This document shows, in pieces, positions 50,388-61,888 of a stretch of DNA of 64,000 nucleotides; position 1 is the first letter of the stretch, and each line of letters opens with the position of its first letter. The position numbers were made by a program, and so were the translations under genes. Source of the DNA: Neoconidiobolus thromboides FSU 785 (taxonomy: Eukaryota > Fungi > Entomophthoromycota); the NCBI GenBank assembly GCA_025603075.1, contig MU626367.1:10261-74260 (forward strand), in the 5' to 3' direction. The notes under the pieces were generated by a model, which did no database searches, had not been told where the DNA came from, and saw nothing but the letters and a program-made list of their open reading frames with translations.

Positions 50388-52143
50388 TTAATTTAAAAAC
50401 ATCCAATATTTTTTAAATCTATTATTAAATGCTTTGACTATTGAAATAATTTCTTCTGAAGGTTTATAATTCGTTGGTATATCGTTGCTATTGATATTTT
50501 TACCCATAAATAATTTAACACATTCTTCCATTATATTTTTAATATTTTCAATGGAATTATCTACCTAATTAATAATATTAGAGATTAATTAAATGCTAAT
50601 GGTGTTATACTGCTTACTTCTACTGCTAAGATTAATTTCTCCTTTTGTACCATTGACAAGTAATATAATAAATGAATATAAGTACTTGTATTCAATTGTT
50701 TATGTTCTATTTAATATTTAATCATTAAAGTTAATTATAAACGTAAAATTATATAAATAAACTTACTTTCATTTCTATTAAAATGTGTTGGTACTATAAT
50801 ATTATTATTATCAACATAAATATAATAAATAAATAATATAATTCAATTACTTAAAACAAAATCTGGATTAAACTCCAATAATATTGGTAATAAAAGTTGA
50901 TGAAATAAAAATAAAATATCTTGATTAATTGTATCATTGAATTTTAAATCTAGACTAATATTCCTTAAAATGAAAATGATTGCTAAACTCGACTTTAATA
51001 TTAATATGAAATATGTAAACTTACTTTCTTATGTTATTCTTACTTAGCTCTTCATTTCCATTATTTCTATTTTGATTATTTGTTATTGTATTAATACTGA
51101 TTACTAATACATCTTTATCATTAAAATTATTTTCAATTTCCTTACCTAATTTAAAATTTAGTATATTGTCATAATAATTTAATTAGTTTTATATTTATTA
51201 CTATGACATAAATCCCTAATTATATGAATTACTTTAATTAAAAATAGTATTGTATTAATTTAAATTACCAATTAAATATAGCTACTCTTGATTTAGGTGA
51301 CTGTACAAAATGATGGTTAAGGGCATCAGCCTAATATTTTAATTATTATTTTAATTAAAATATGTAATAAAACTTACAATACTATAAATGATAAACAAGA
51401 TAAATAATAACTATGATTTAGTATATTGCTTTTATAAACAAAATTTAAGTTACTATTTCTAATTAATGATATTAGTAAATAAATTAAATTAATTAATAAT
51501 AATTTACTTTTTCATTATCAACTTCAGGACCGCTATTAATAATAATTATATTAATATAAATAAAATAAAAGATTAAATTACCAGGTTTGAACCAAACAAA
51601 TTGATGGGTTAAATATACCAAACAAGCATGAATTAATAGCCAGTTTAATTATATCTGTTGATATACAATTACATAAATTTTTCATTAGTTTATAACCTTC
51701 TGAGTTTTTGTCGCTGAATTCTTTTTTTGTTTCTTTCTTTTTTAATATGTTATCTAAAAATAAGAATTTGATTTATTGATGTTTATAAATTAAATCAAAA
51801 AATTACAATATCGTTCCATAATTAAGTTAGTATATCCATTTTCATCCATTTTATTAATAAAAAAACCCAATTCAGGCTGAGTATCCTTCAATAATAAGAA
51901 AGGATAAAATAATTTAACTGGATCTTTTGAATCATCTCCTTTAATATAGCTTGTATTATTGCCTTTATCTAACATAAATAATGCGCTATTATAAATCAAT
52001 TGTACTTTTTTTTTAATATTCTCTTTTTTAATTTCGTTTCGTGTTTTTATTTCTCTTGAATTATTTAATGTAGTTGATGTTTCCGAAATATCATTTTGTT
52101 GTTTAAGTTTTTTAATAATTTTTTCAGGTATTTTGTTATTCAT
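50388..52143 (-). CDS. Hypothetical multi-exon protein; exon structure only partly resolved
   Basis: Long first exon (MNNKIPEK..), several GT-AG-bounded open segments, last exon ending ..FNNRFKKYWMFLN*. One junction could not be phased by eye. Confidence 0.45.
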
Positions 52144-52280
52144 CTTTTAATATATTAAATTTAAAAAATATTAAAAATTAATAAAATAGATAAAACTAAT
52201 AATCATCAAAAAAAAACACTATTTATTCCAATTGACTAACTCTTTGCCCTAGTTCTCATTGGTCAATTCGAATCATTCCA

Positions 52281-52811
52281 TCATTTCTTTAAATTCAAAT
52301 TCAACTTATCCAAAACTGGTACTATAAATCCAACAATATCTTCAATATCATCTTCCGCTTTAATGTTTATTATATGAACATCCTCCTCCTTGTTTTTATC
52401 GGGTACTTCTAATGTATCAAACTGAGATCTTAATAGCTTAGTGCCCATAAAATGATTTTTCCTTAGCATTAATCTTTGATAAATAGTTTCATATTTTAAA
52501 TCCAAATAAACAATAATAAATCTTTCAACTCCTTTCTTTAACTTATTTCTGTATTCGTTTTTTAAAGCAGAACAAGCTAAGATTACCGTATCATCTGGAT
52601 GGGTTTTCAATACTTCACTTAAAGATAACAACCAGGGTTGACGATCAAGATCAGTTAATGGATGACCTAACTTCATTTTTTGTTTATTACTATCACTATG
52701 GTAATCATCCGCTTCAATATAAGATATGTTATAATGTTGACTTAATTTGGATGCAATACTACTTTTTCCACTACCACTAACACCCATAATTAAAATTACT
52801 GTTTTGGCCAT
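52281..52811 (-). CDS. Gluconokinase (GntK/IdnK-type carbohydrate kinase)
   Basis: P-loop MGVSGSGKS, EADDYH..NKQKM..GHPLTDLDRQPWL, ACSALKNEYR, R..HFM..LLRSQFDTLE. Confidence 0.93.
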   Translation of the reverse strand: MAKTVILIMGVSGSGKSSIASKLSQHYNISYIEADDYHSDSNKQKMKLGHPLTDLDRQPWLLSLSEVLKTHPDDTVILACSALKNEYRNKLKKGVERFIIVYLDLKYETIYQRLMLRKNHFMGTKLLRSQFDTLEVPDKNKEEDVHIINIKAEDDIEDIVGFIVPVLDKLNLNLKK

Positions 52812-53098
52812 TTTGTTTGTTTTTGATTTTTTGATTCAAATTGAAATTGAAATAAAATAAGCTAATATTTATATTTATTAATTTTTTATTTCAAATACGA
52901 TATCAAGATTAAATCATATTAAAAAATTCAAGAATAAATATTTCAAAAAAAAGGCTGATATTCAATTTATAAAATTTTAATAATGAAATATGAAAATAGA
53001 ATAAAAAAAGAAGAGATAGATCGTAATTAAACTTTAAGATGTAAAATAACAAAAAAAAAACTGGGATCGTATAAGAAATAAAACTTTCACTTAATTCT

Positions 53099-54923
53099 TT
53101 ACTCAGGAGTATCCTTTTCCTTATTATTGGTACTTTCCTTATTAACCTCAACATTATGTCCTTCACCATCTGAGCCACTCAATTTACTATTACTTTGTTT
53201 CCAAGGAACGGCAATCCTCTTAAATGCAGTTCTAAAACTAAAGATACTAGGACTTGTCAAATTTTCTCCTTTTTCCCCATCCAAATTTGAATTAATACTA
53301 CTAACTGACATAGATTTTGCCCTTCTAGTACGTACACCATTTTCTTTTCCTTTAACACTTTGTTTACTTTCTTCTCGTATCATTGTTAATGGTTCTCGAG
53401 TAAGGTCAATACTATCAGTTGAATTTCGACTGGGTTTTAAATGTTCTTCTCTATTGGGTTTAGGTAAATCAAAAGAAACTCTTCCTGGGTTAGCAGAATT
53501 AGCTGTGACAGATAAATTGGTGGGTGGTGTTTGTGCTGTAAAGGTAGGGGAAAAGAAAGAAAATCGACTAATGTTATTTTTATTAGTAGTAGCTTCTTTA
53601 GATTTTGTATCTTTAGATTCTTTGTTTTCTTTAACCTCTTTGGATTTGATACTATTCCCAGGTAAAATTTCTTTACTTTCTTTAGTTGATATAGTATCCG
53701 CATTATTAGTAATAGCATCCGCTAATACTGGATTACTCATAATTTTGGCTAATATTTTGGTAATATACAAAGTTAATGCTTTGTTTTCGTCCTTGAGGAA
53801 TTTCAATTCATCTTTTTGTTGATTACTTGAATTAATAAATTTAATATCACTATCTTCTTCTTCATCTGAATCAATATTACTTAAGGCAGTACCTAAATTA
53901 GCACCTAAACTATTATTGGAATTGGATGTATTATTAAATAATTCTTGAGGTTGTAAATTTGGAGTGGAATCAAATTGATTTAAAGAAAACTGGCCCTTTA
54001 ATGTTTTTTCTTGTAACAAAAATTGATACGATTCATTATCTTCTAGTAGTTTGTTATTAGATAAAACCAACTGTTGTACCTCCTCTTTTAAAGTACTAAT
54101 TTGTTTAATATATAATTCTTTTTGCTCAACAGCTTGTTGATTTAATTGTTTAACTGTTCCTTTTAACTCCCCTATTTCTTTTAACTGTTGGCGTATTGTT
54201 CGATTAGCTACTTTATTTTCATGCACTAAGGAAGCCTCGGTACGATCAGAGGGATCTTTATTATTGATTTCTTCTTCTTCTGGCTCATTAAAATGACCAA
54301 AATTACTGGGTATAAAATTGACTGAGACTGAACGTGTACGTGTGGGTCGTGGTGAGGTGGAATTATTGGCTAATTTTTCTTTATATTGATTATGGAGATT
54401 TTTTAATTGTTCTTTTAAGTGTTCTTCTCGTTGTGAAAATTTGGTTTTATCTTGTTCAAAGGATTTGGTCTTTTTTTATAAATAATAAATAATTGTAAAT
54501 GATATAAAAATTAACCACTTACTTCATTTGTTAACTTAACTTCCATTTCTCGGATTTTTTTATTATTTTCTAACTCCGCTTCTTTACTTAAATCTAACTC
54601 GGCTTCCAATTTATAAAACTGTTTCTCTAGTTTACTTTGAGCCTCTAAAGCATTATTCAATTCTTCTTGTAAACCCGAATATTTCTAATAAAAATAAAAT
54701 AAAAATATTCAAATAAAAACTAAAGTAAAACAAAATTTACCTTTTTTAAAAAATCAAATTGTAAATTAATATCGGTGTTATTTTTAATAGCTTTATCTAA
54801 CTCAATTGTCAATAACTCTTCCTTTGAAAACCCATTGTTATTATTTTGTAATACTTCTTTTTCTATATCATGCTTAATACTCTCCGTTTGTTGTAATAAA
54901 TTATTATTACTCGAGGCTATCAT
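53099..54923 (-). CDS. Long coiled-coil protein with a Rab11-FIP RBD-like segment (3 exons)
   Basis: Exons 54923-54741, 54684-54523, 54469-53099 join in frame; heptad-rich; LKDENKALTLYITKILAKIMSNP resembles the FIP-RBD YIDxILxxIMxxP motif. Confidence 0.55.
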
Positions 54924-56473
54924 AATGGAATTAATAATATGTGTTAATTAAAGTAAGTTAATTGCTAATAATGATTGTTGTAATTCCAACAAAAATGAAA
55001 ATGGAAGTAAAAAAGAGATAAAATATTAAAAAAAACAATAATTGGAACTTAATAAATTAGTTATTTTTCAGTTAAATTTAAAAACACCATTTAATTAAAT
55101 AAGTTCTCAAAAATTAACGTTTTTAATAACCAATAAATAAAACCTCCAATTCTTGAGTTGGGTTAATGATTGGCTCGTGACCCATTCCTCCGATCTCAAT
55201 TATTCACCCTTTTAATTTCCTATTTTTTTACGGACGTTTTTTCATTAATATTATTTCATTATTAACTTTTTTTCTATTTTAAATACTTCAATTGAATCAA
55301 TTGGCTCCTTTGGAGCGTATTTTTTGATCTATTGAGTATTTTTTTTATAATTGTAATATATGGAACTTTCAATATGTAAAAAATGTAATTCCTTACTTTA
55401 GCATATTCATTGAAAATTTATCCCATTTGAGTTTTACACTTTAATTGATGTGGGGTTTTGTTTATTATTGATCACAAGTATAAGTGATAGCCTTTTTAAA
55501 TTAATATTTTGATATTCAAATATTAAAAATGACTAACTTTACAATGTTAAAAATAATATATATGAATTGATTCAAAAACTTGGCTTAAGCTTTGTTTAAT
55601 TTTGATTTAACAAATATTATAAATTTAGAACTAAATTTATAGAAAAGTAAACTTTTTTTGTTTAATTTTAAAATAGTTAACTCATGAAACGTTTTTTTTG
55701 TCCAATTTTAATACTTTTTAAAAATTTATCTCAGATAGCAAATGAACAAAGATATGAAATTAGTGAATTTTATTTCTTATTTTAACCAGGTTTTAAACTT
55801 ATTTAAATATTTGGATATCTTAATTTATACTTAATATTTTAAATTTGTTATTTGATTTAATATTGTAAAATCATTCTATATTTAGAGTAATAAAATAAAT
55901 AAAACACATCATTAATTTTTTTATTCAAATACACTAATAAACATAACCAAATTTACATTCATCATTATATATTGGGGAGATTTTGAAATTTTCTACTAAC
56001 ATTAACTAAATATCAAGGCTATTCTGTATTATTTTATATTAACTTATCAGTTGTTACACCACTGAGTGTAAAAATTTTGAAGCTTTTTTGAATTATATAT
56101 AATACCGTCATATCTAGAATTTAAAATTTTAAAACAAATATATACAACTTACTTTACTTCAAACATATATTGACATTAAAATTAGTCATATAAATAATAG
56201 CAAACTATAATTTAATTGCAGAAATTTTAAAATTCGAAGATAGGGGACTATAACTTTTAAATAAATTAAAACGATTTAATTATATCCTAATTATATAATA
56301 GAACATGAATAAAAATTAACAAAAACATAAGGTATAGAAGAAGAAAAACAGAAAAAAACTAAAGAGAAAAACAGCAACTACTTCATTTGAAGAATTTTTA
56401 AAAAAAACGTTCAAAGGCTATTTTATATTTCTGGTCCCTTGGAATTGCTTGTAATTTTATTTATGACCATAAT

Positions 56474-57465
56474 ATGAGTCTATCCAATACCTTGTCCAGA
56501 GTAGTTATCTTGAATTTATCACTAGCTATTTATTATTATAAAGTAGTAAATCAAGTTTTATTAAGATTACGAACTGCAATAGCAGTTTACGATCTTTGAT
56601 TATATACTGCACTATTGCAGCGTTGTCCATTTATAAAGAGTATGAGTTCAATATGCACATCTATTATATGGGGATGTATTTTTGTGTTTAAAAATTTTAC
56701 TAACAAATTTTCCGCTTAAATAGCGCTTAAAAAATGGAAAAAATAATGAAGTCAAAAAAAACACTCCCATATGGTCATTTTTAGCATTCAGGTTGTCCTA
56801 TCTTTTTATAAATATACTAATTGCTGTAAACCTACAGCTCGTCTTCATTCATAATATCTCAATTACTAAGGAAATTAAAGCTGTATATTTGATAACTCCT
56901 ATCTTAGCCATCATCCTTATTACAATTCCACCACTTGGTAATTAGAATGTTTTCATATTAATATTATCAGATTACAAAATCAGCTCTAGGTATATTAGAT
57001 TACAGTAGTTGCTACGGATATTATATCTCCAAAGCTGTTACAGGTAATTTTCAGGCTACAATATTCAATATATTTGCAAACTAAGTACGACATGTAATTA
57101 CACTTGTATATCTTATAGTTGCTATTGTCATCCTATTTTTGAAGCTGGACCGAAAAGCTATTTTAGTTGATTGTTGTAAACTAAGCGTGGACCAAGAAAA
57201 TTCAACTAAAGCTATAAAAGCTATAGAAGCATTAGGTTATAGGATATATTTGTTTATTTCTATTTTAAAAAATTAATAGTTTAGACTATTATATACGATA
57301 GCTATAGAAATCACCAACTTCACTGGAATTATATTGTAATTACATCATGATTTTAATACCAAATCAAGTGCTTTTTTTAGATAACTGAACTACTATCTAT
57401 CCATTTTAGGCGCATTAAATTTTGTAGCTTCTTGTTGTAACTCTACTGTTCATAATCGAGTTTAG
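56474..57465 (+). pseudogene. 7TM receptor-like pseudogene (Git3/cAMP-receptor-like), interrupted by MITE copy 20
   Basis: Conceptual translation gives hydrophobic helices: VVILNLSLAIYYY, LLRLRTAIAVYDL*, ICTSIIWSFLAF..NILIAVNLQLVFIH, YLITPILAIILITIPP, LVYLIVAIVILFLKL, RLLYTIAI, GALNFVA. Several in-frame stops. Confidence 0.65.
56670..56768 (+). mobile_element. MITE copy 20 (inside 7TM pseudogene)
   Basis: GGGGATGT...ACACTCCC; TSD ATAT. Confidence 0.88.
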
Positions 57466-57542
57466 TTGTCTATTATAGAATCAAAAAGAAAAATAGTAGC
57501 AATTCAAAAGATAAAAGTATATATACTTATTTATTCATTTCA

Positions 57543-58079
57543 TTTAAACTAACCTATTTTAAATTGTCATTCTAATGTTGAATTGAATAGGGTAGATTCA
57601 GATATAGAAAAAGAAAAAACAATACCAACTTTAATAGCGATTATGAAAGTAATTTGACATTTTCTAAATTAATAAAAGTCACTATACTTATAGTAATTAT
57701 ATATCAACAAATTTATATTAACATTGGTATTCTAAATTATATCAAATTGATCTAGTTTTTATAATATGGTATATACACTACTGGTATTTATTGAATAAAA
57801 AGTGTTCTATTGATGAAGTTAAAATTAGCAGTATCGACAAAAAGATAAAATGAGTTTTTAATATTTTTATTAAAGTTGACTAAATGATTTAAATTCTAAT
57901 TAAAATAAAATTGTTGATATATAATTACTATAAGTATAATGACTTTTATTAATTTAGAAAATGTCAAATTACTTTCATAATCGTTATTAAAGTTGGTATT
58001 GTTTTTTCTTTTTTCTATATCTGAATCCACCCTATTCAATTCAACATTAAAATAATAATTTAAAATAGATTAGTTTAAA
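57543..58079. repeat. Long inverted repeat, about 178-bp arms and about 180-bp spacer
   Basis: 57543-57720 is the near-exact reverse complement of 57902-58079 (roughly 10 mismatches by eye). Confidence 0.88.
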
Positions 58080-58555
58080 AAACTATAATAAAATTGGAAG
58101 TGAGAAAGTTTACTAAAGCTATTTTATACCAGTTCTCTTAAAAGTGCAAAGATTCCTATTAAAGAATTCCAAATTATGAATTATTCTTTTCCTAACAAAG
58201 TCGCTTTAGATAAGAGTATTATGTAAAAAGAAAATTATTAAACAAAATAAATATAAAAAGTCTCTAGATTTATATTAAACAACACAAACGAAGTTGGCCT
58301 TTTGGATTAATTCTTGATATTTATAAACTTATTATTAATTCTAACATCATTTTTATATTCATAAATAAGACAATTCCACTTTAAGATTCTAAAAATGGCT
58401 TTAAAGTCTATTAAATAATGAACATTAAGTCATAATGGCATTTCAAAATGACACTGAGGCTTTTTATAATAAACAAATAATCGAGGATAGTATTTAAAAA
58501 AAGATTTAAATAAAGACTTCATAATACAACTTGATAATATTTTTTTAAATAAAAC

Positions 58556-59326
58556 ATGCAACTTCTACCAAAATTGAGTATACTATTGTTACTCTTATTT
58601 TGTATTCAACTCAATGCTCAACAATTTGTTACTAAATTAACTGAATGTATTCAAAAATGTCCATCCAAATTTTATTTCACCTGTATAGGTCAATGTATTA
58701 AAGATTTTTCAATTTCTAACCCAGATGTATCTACCGATAGTCAAAGTGGAGGAAATTCAAATAATTCATCTAATGGCACTTCTAATTCTAATTCTAGTTC
58801 TAATGATGTGGTAACCAATACTATAACCAGTGTTGTAGTTGTAGATGGAAATAGTAATACTCCTACTGTTGGCGTCCCCACTACTACAGTTACTTCTATA
58901 ATTCCGGCTTCTAATAGTAATAATGAATCTAATAATCCTACTGCAACGTCTACATCAGGATCGAATAATGTCAACAATAATAATGATAATAGTAACAATG
59001 GTGTTACTACGATTACTTCCACTGTTGATAACAACGGTAATAATAATAGCGATAATACTTCAGCTACTACTACCACTAATAGTAATGGAGGGAATGGAGG
59101 CGTTATTGTTACAAGTAATGTACCAGCTTCCTCATCGTCACCAAGTAGCAACCAATCTAGAAATTCAGCAACTAATGGAGAAACAGTTGGTTATACGACT
59201 TACGGAGCGTATATTTTAAGTCGTAGTGGGGGAGGCCTATCTACTACAGTGGTTAATTCATCATCTGAAAGGAGTTCAATGAATTTTGGAGTAGTAGCAG
59301 TTTGTATATTATTGAGTATTTTTTAA
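58556..59326 (+). CDS. Secreted Ser/Thr/Asn-rich, probably GPI-anchored surface protein (256 aa)
   Basis: Signal peptide, N-terminal CxxxC-x7-CxxxC, low-complexity S/T/N stalk, small-residue omega region and hydrophobic C-terminal tail. Confidence 0.75.
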   Translation: MQLLPKLSILLLLLFCIQLNAQQFVTKLTECIQKCPSKFYFTCIGQCIKDFSISNPDVSTDSQSGGNSNNSSNGTSNSNSSSNDVVTNTITSVVVVDGNSNTPTVGVPTTTVTSIIPASNSNNESNNPTATSTSGSNNVNNNNDNSNNGVTTITSTVDNNGNNNSDNTSATTTTNSNGGNGGVIVTSNVPASSSSPSSNQSRNSATNGETVGYTTYGAYILSRSGGGLSTTVVNSSSERSSMNFGVVAVCILLSIF

Positions 59327-59533
59327 TTTTTAAATAAATAAAAATAAAGCTGAAGATAAAATTTAAACTTTTTTTTATTACAGAAGAAAAATTAATGTAG
59401 GAAATAAATAAAAAATGATTAAAAGATAATTATCTTTTAAGCCTTTCATTGTCTTGTATAAACTAAATCTTTCGTATAGGTAAATAGTCAAAAATGATAA
59501 AACAATAAAACCTACGTTAATTACTATTATAAT

Positions 59534-59668
59534 TTAGGTTTGTTGTGGTTTGAGGGCACTAAGGAAAGCAGGATGGGGCAATGGTAACATAGGTATATAA
59601 GGTAGTTTGAATGGCATACTTAATATTGTACATAGAAATAAAGTAAATAGCAAGAAATACAATTTCAT
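59534..59668 (-). CDS. Putative small secreted Pro-rich peptide (44 aa, below the ORF-track cut-off)
   Basis: MKLYFLLFTLFLCTILSMPFKLPYIPMLPLPHPAFLSALKPQQT*; ACAACA-ATG start context; TATATAAAT at 59783-59791 on the same strand. Confidence 0.5.
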   Translation of the reverse strand: MKLYFLLFTLFLCTILSMPFKLPYIPMLPLPHPAFLSALKPQQT

Positions 59669-60547
59669 TGTTGTATTGTTAAATCGGTAGTAAAATAGCA
59701 AAAAAATAATACTATCAAAGTAATTATTTGAGGTTTAAAGCTTGTGAATTGTTAATCTCCAGTAGATTGATTAAGAGGGAGTATTTATATACCTGTTTTA
59801 TAATTTTTTATGATTCGATATCTATGGTTTAGACTTAGAAGTTCTTAGTTTAGTATTGATTTTCAATCTATGTAAGCTTTGTTTCGGACTAATTTTATAA
59901 TATAATTAATTTTGGTAAATAACTTGAGTTTATCTATGATAATTATTGTTAGCTAAAAAGCAATTTAAGATTGAATTATTATTTCATAGCTAAAGTTTCG
60001 AAGTGCTTCAAAACAAATAATTGTTGATGCAGAAAGGCTAAAATAAAATAAGGAAATAAAACAATTGTGGATTTTACTAGAAGATTTGCCTGTAGACTTG
60101 GCTACTTCGATTTTTTGATCTTTTTTACTTGACCTAAATCTATTATTTAATTAGTATTAATAATTTATTACTATTAGTATTGATAGCAATAAATGACCAA
60201 TGAGATACTAAAGATTAAGCTAACTATATATCTTTAATACTATAATAACAGACAAATTTATTATTTGAATATCATAAGTTTGTTTTAAGAAATTTACATA
60301 ACAATCCAATGCTTATAAATTAAACAATCAACATTATTATCCACTCCTTTTGATTTAAATTAACAATTTTACATTCTTGTAAAATTTCATTAAATTAAAC
60401 TCTTTCTTCATATAATCTAATTCAATATAAAAAATATATTTACATTTTAAGGAAATTTTAATTCATTAATAGTTGGATTCAAAATAAATCGGTTAATTTA
60501 TCCGAGTTTTGGTGCAAATATATTTAAATTTTGTATAAACAAGATAA

Positions 60548-60620
60548 GCTTCTTTGGCGCAGCTGGCAGCGCGTGAGTCTCATAATCTCAAGGTCGTGGG
60601 TTCGATCCCCACAGGGAGCA
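60548..60620 (+). tRNA. tRNA-Met(CAT): Elongator tRNA-Met (CAT)
   Basis: GCTTCTTTGGCGCAGCTGGCAGCGCGTGAGTCTCATAATCTCAAGGTCGTGGGTTCGATCCCCACAGGGAGCA; G1-C72 pair and TTCGA T-loop indicate elongator type; T-run downstream. Confidence 0.93.
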
Positions 60621-61888
60621 TTGAATTATATTTTTTACTGCTATCCCTAATAACTGGAGACATTAAAACCTGTTTGATATGAATGATTCTATCATTACTA
60701 TCCCTTTAATCTTTTGTTTAAGACTAGCCCAGTTAAACACTCATGGCTTCTACCATTGTTTTTCTGAAAATTATCAAAGCCTAATTTTCTTTACCAACCC
60801 TTGCATCTCATAAATAGCTCATCGTTTATAGTTTAGTTTAAATTATAAGTCTTACTTAAACCTACAGTCATTAAAAGTCAATGGATATCTTTCTAAAAAG
60901 CACAGTCAATGTGGCCATCACCTTGATTTCTTAGCTTTATGAAAGATAGAGAATCTTTGAGAATGCTTTCTACTTTTTCAAAAAGCTACTCCTGACGAAT
61001 TTCTGAATTTAAACTAACTATTCAAGTATACAAACAAACTGATATCATAGATAGATAATCAAATTGAGATAGTATTAAAATCATAGATTTGAGTTTCATT
61101 TTGTTCTTATTGATATAAAAATGGAAAAGTTAGAATAATTATAATATTTAATATCAGTGGTTATGTTTACTTAACCCAGATGCATAAATTATAAGATAAA
61201 TAAAATGAGGATATAAAAACAAATAAAATATGGAGAATAAGAGGATTTTACTAAGATAGAATAGTAAAATCATGATGTATTTTGAGTGAATAAAATCTAA
61301 TGATTACAATATTGGGTATCTTGGGGTTTGTAGTGGTTTTAGTCTATATATGAGGGTAGTTTAAGTCTATTTCTAGCTTATAAGGTTTTATTTAAAAATG
61401 AACAAATTGGTTATAGTTGATAAGAATTAGTGGGTAGGAAGGAAATAATGATAAATAACTAAAAATCGATTAAAAAATACTATTCAAAAGCTAATAAGTG
61501 ATGTTGTTATAATGACTTATTTAGAATAAGTAAAAGAAAAAACACTTCTTACACAAAGAAAGGACCTTAGAGGGACCAATTTTTTAATGAGTTTTCGTCA
61601 AGGTGAAAGCTTAAGGATTGTATAAAAACAATAACAGTGATACTTGATTTAATAAATTAATTTAACTAATTGCGCAATGTATTAAGGTAAACAGGTTTAT
61701 ACCTTTTCAAAAAAAACAAGATCATAATTAAAAACTTTTATTTGTGATGTTACATTTATTAACAAAATTAAAAACAAAGTAGTATGGTGTCAAACTATTT
61801 CACAGAAAGGAGAAAAAAGAGATCAAACATAGTTTAATGAATTTGTCAATCAACAGTTAATAATTAAGGAAGAGGGGAATTAATTAAA

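Noticed and set aside
50388-52143. CENP-I/Mis6 assignment, which would make a shugoshin-HDAC-kinetochore trio
   Set aside because: Only vague resemblance (KLFYP, AIFNW); cannot be supported by eye.
52281-52811. Gluconokinase as horizontal transfer because it is intronless and resembles GntK
   Set aside because: IdnK-type gluconokinases are standard in fungi and composition matches the host.
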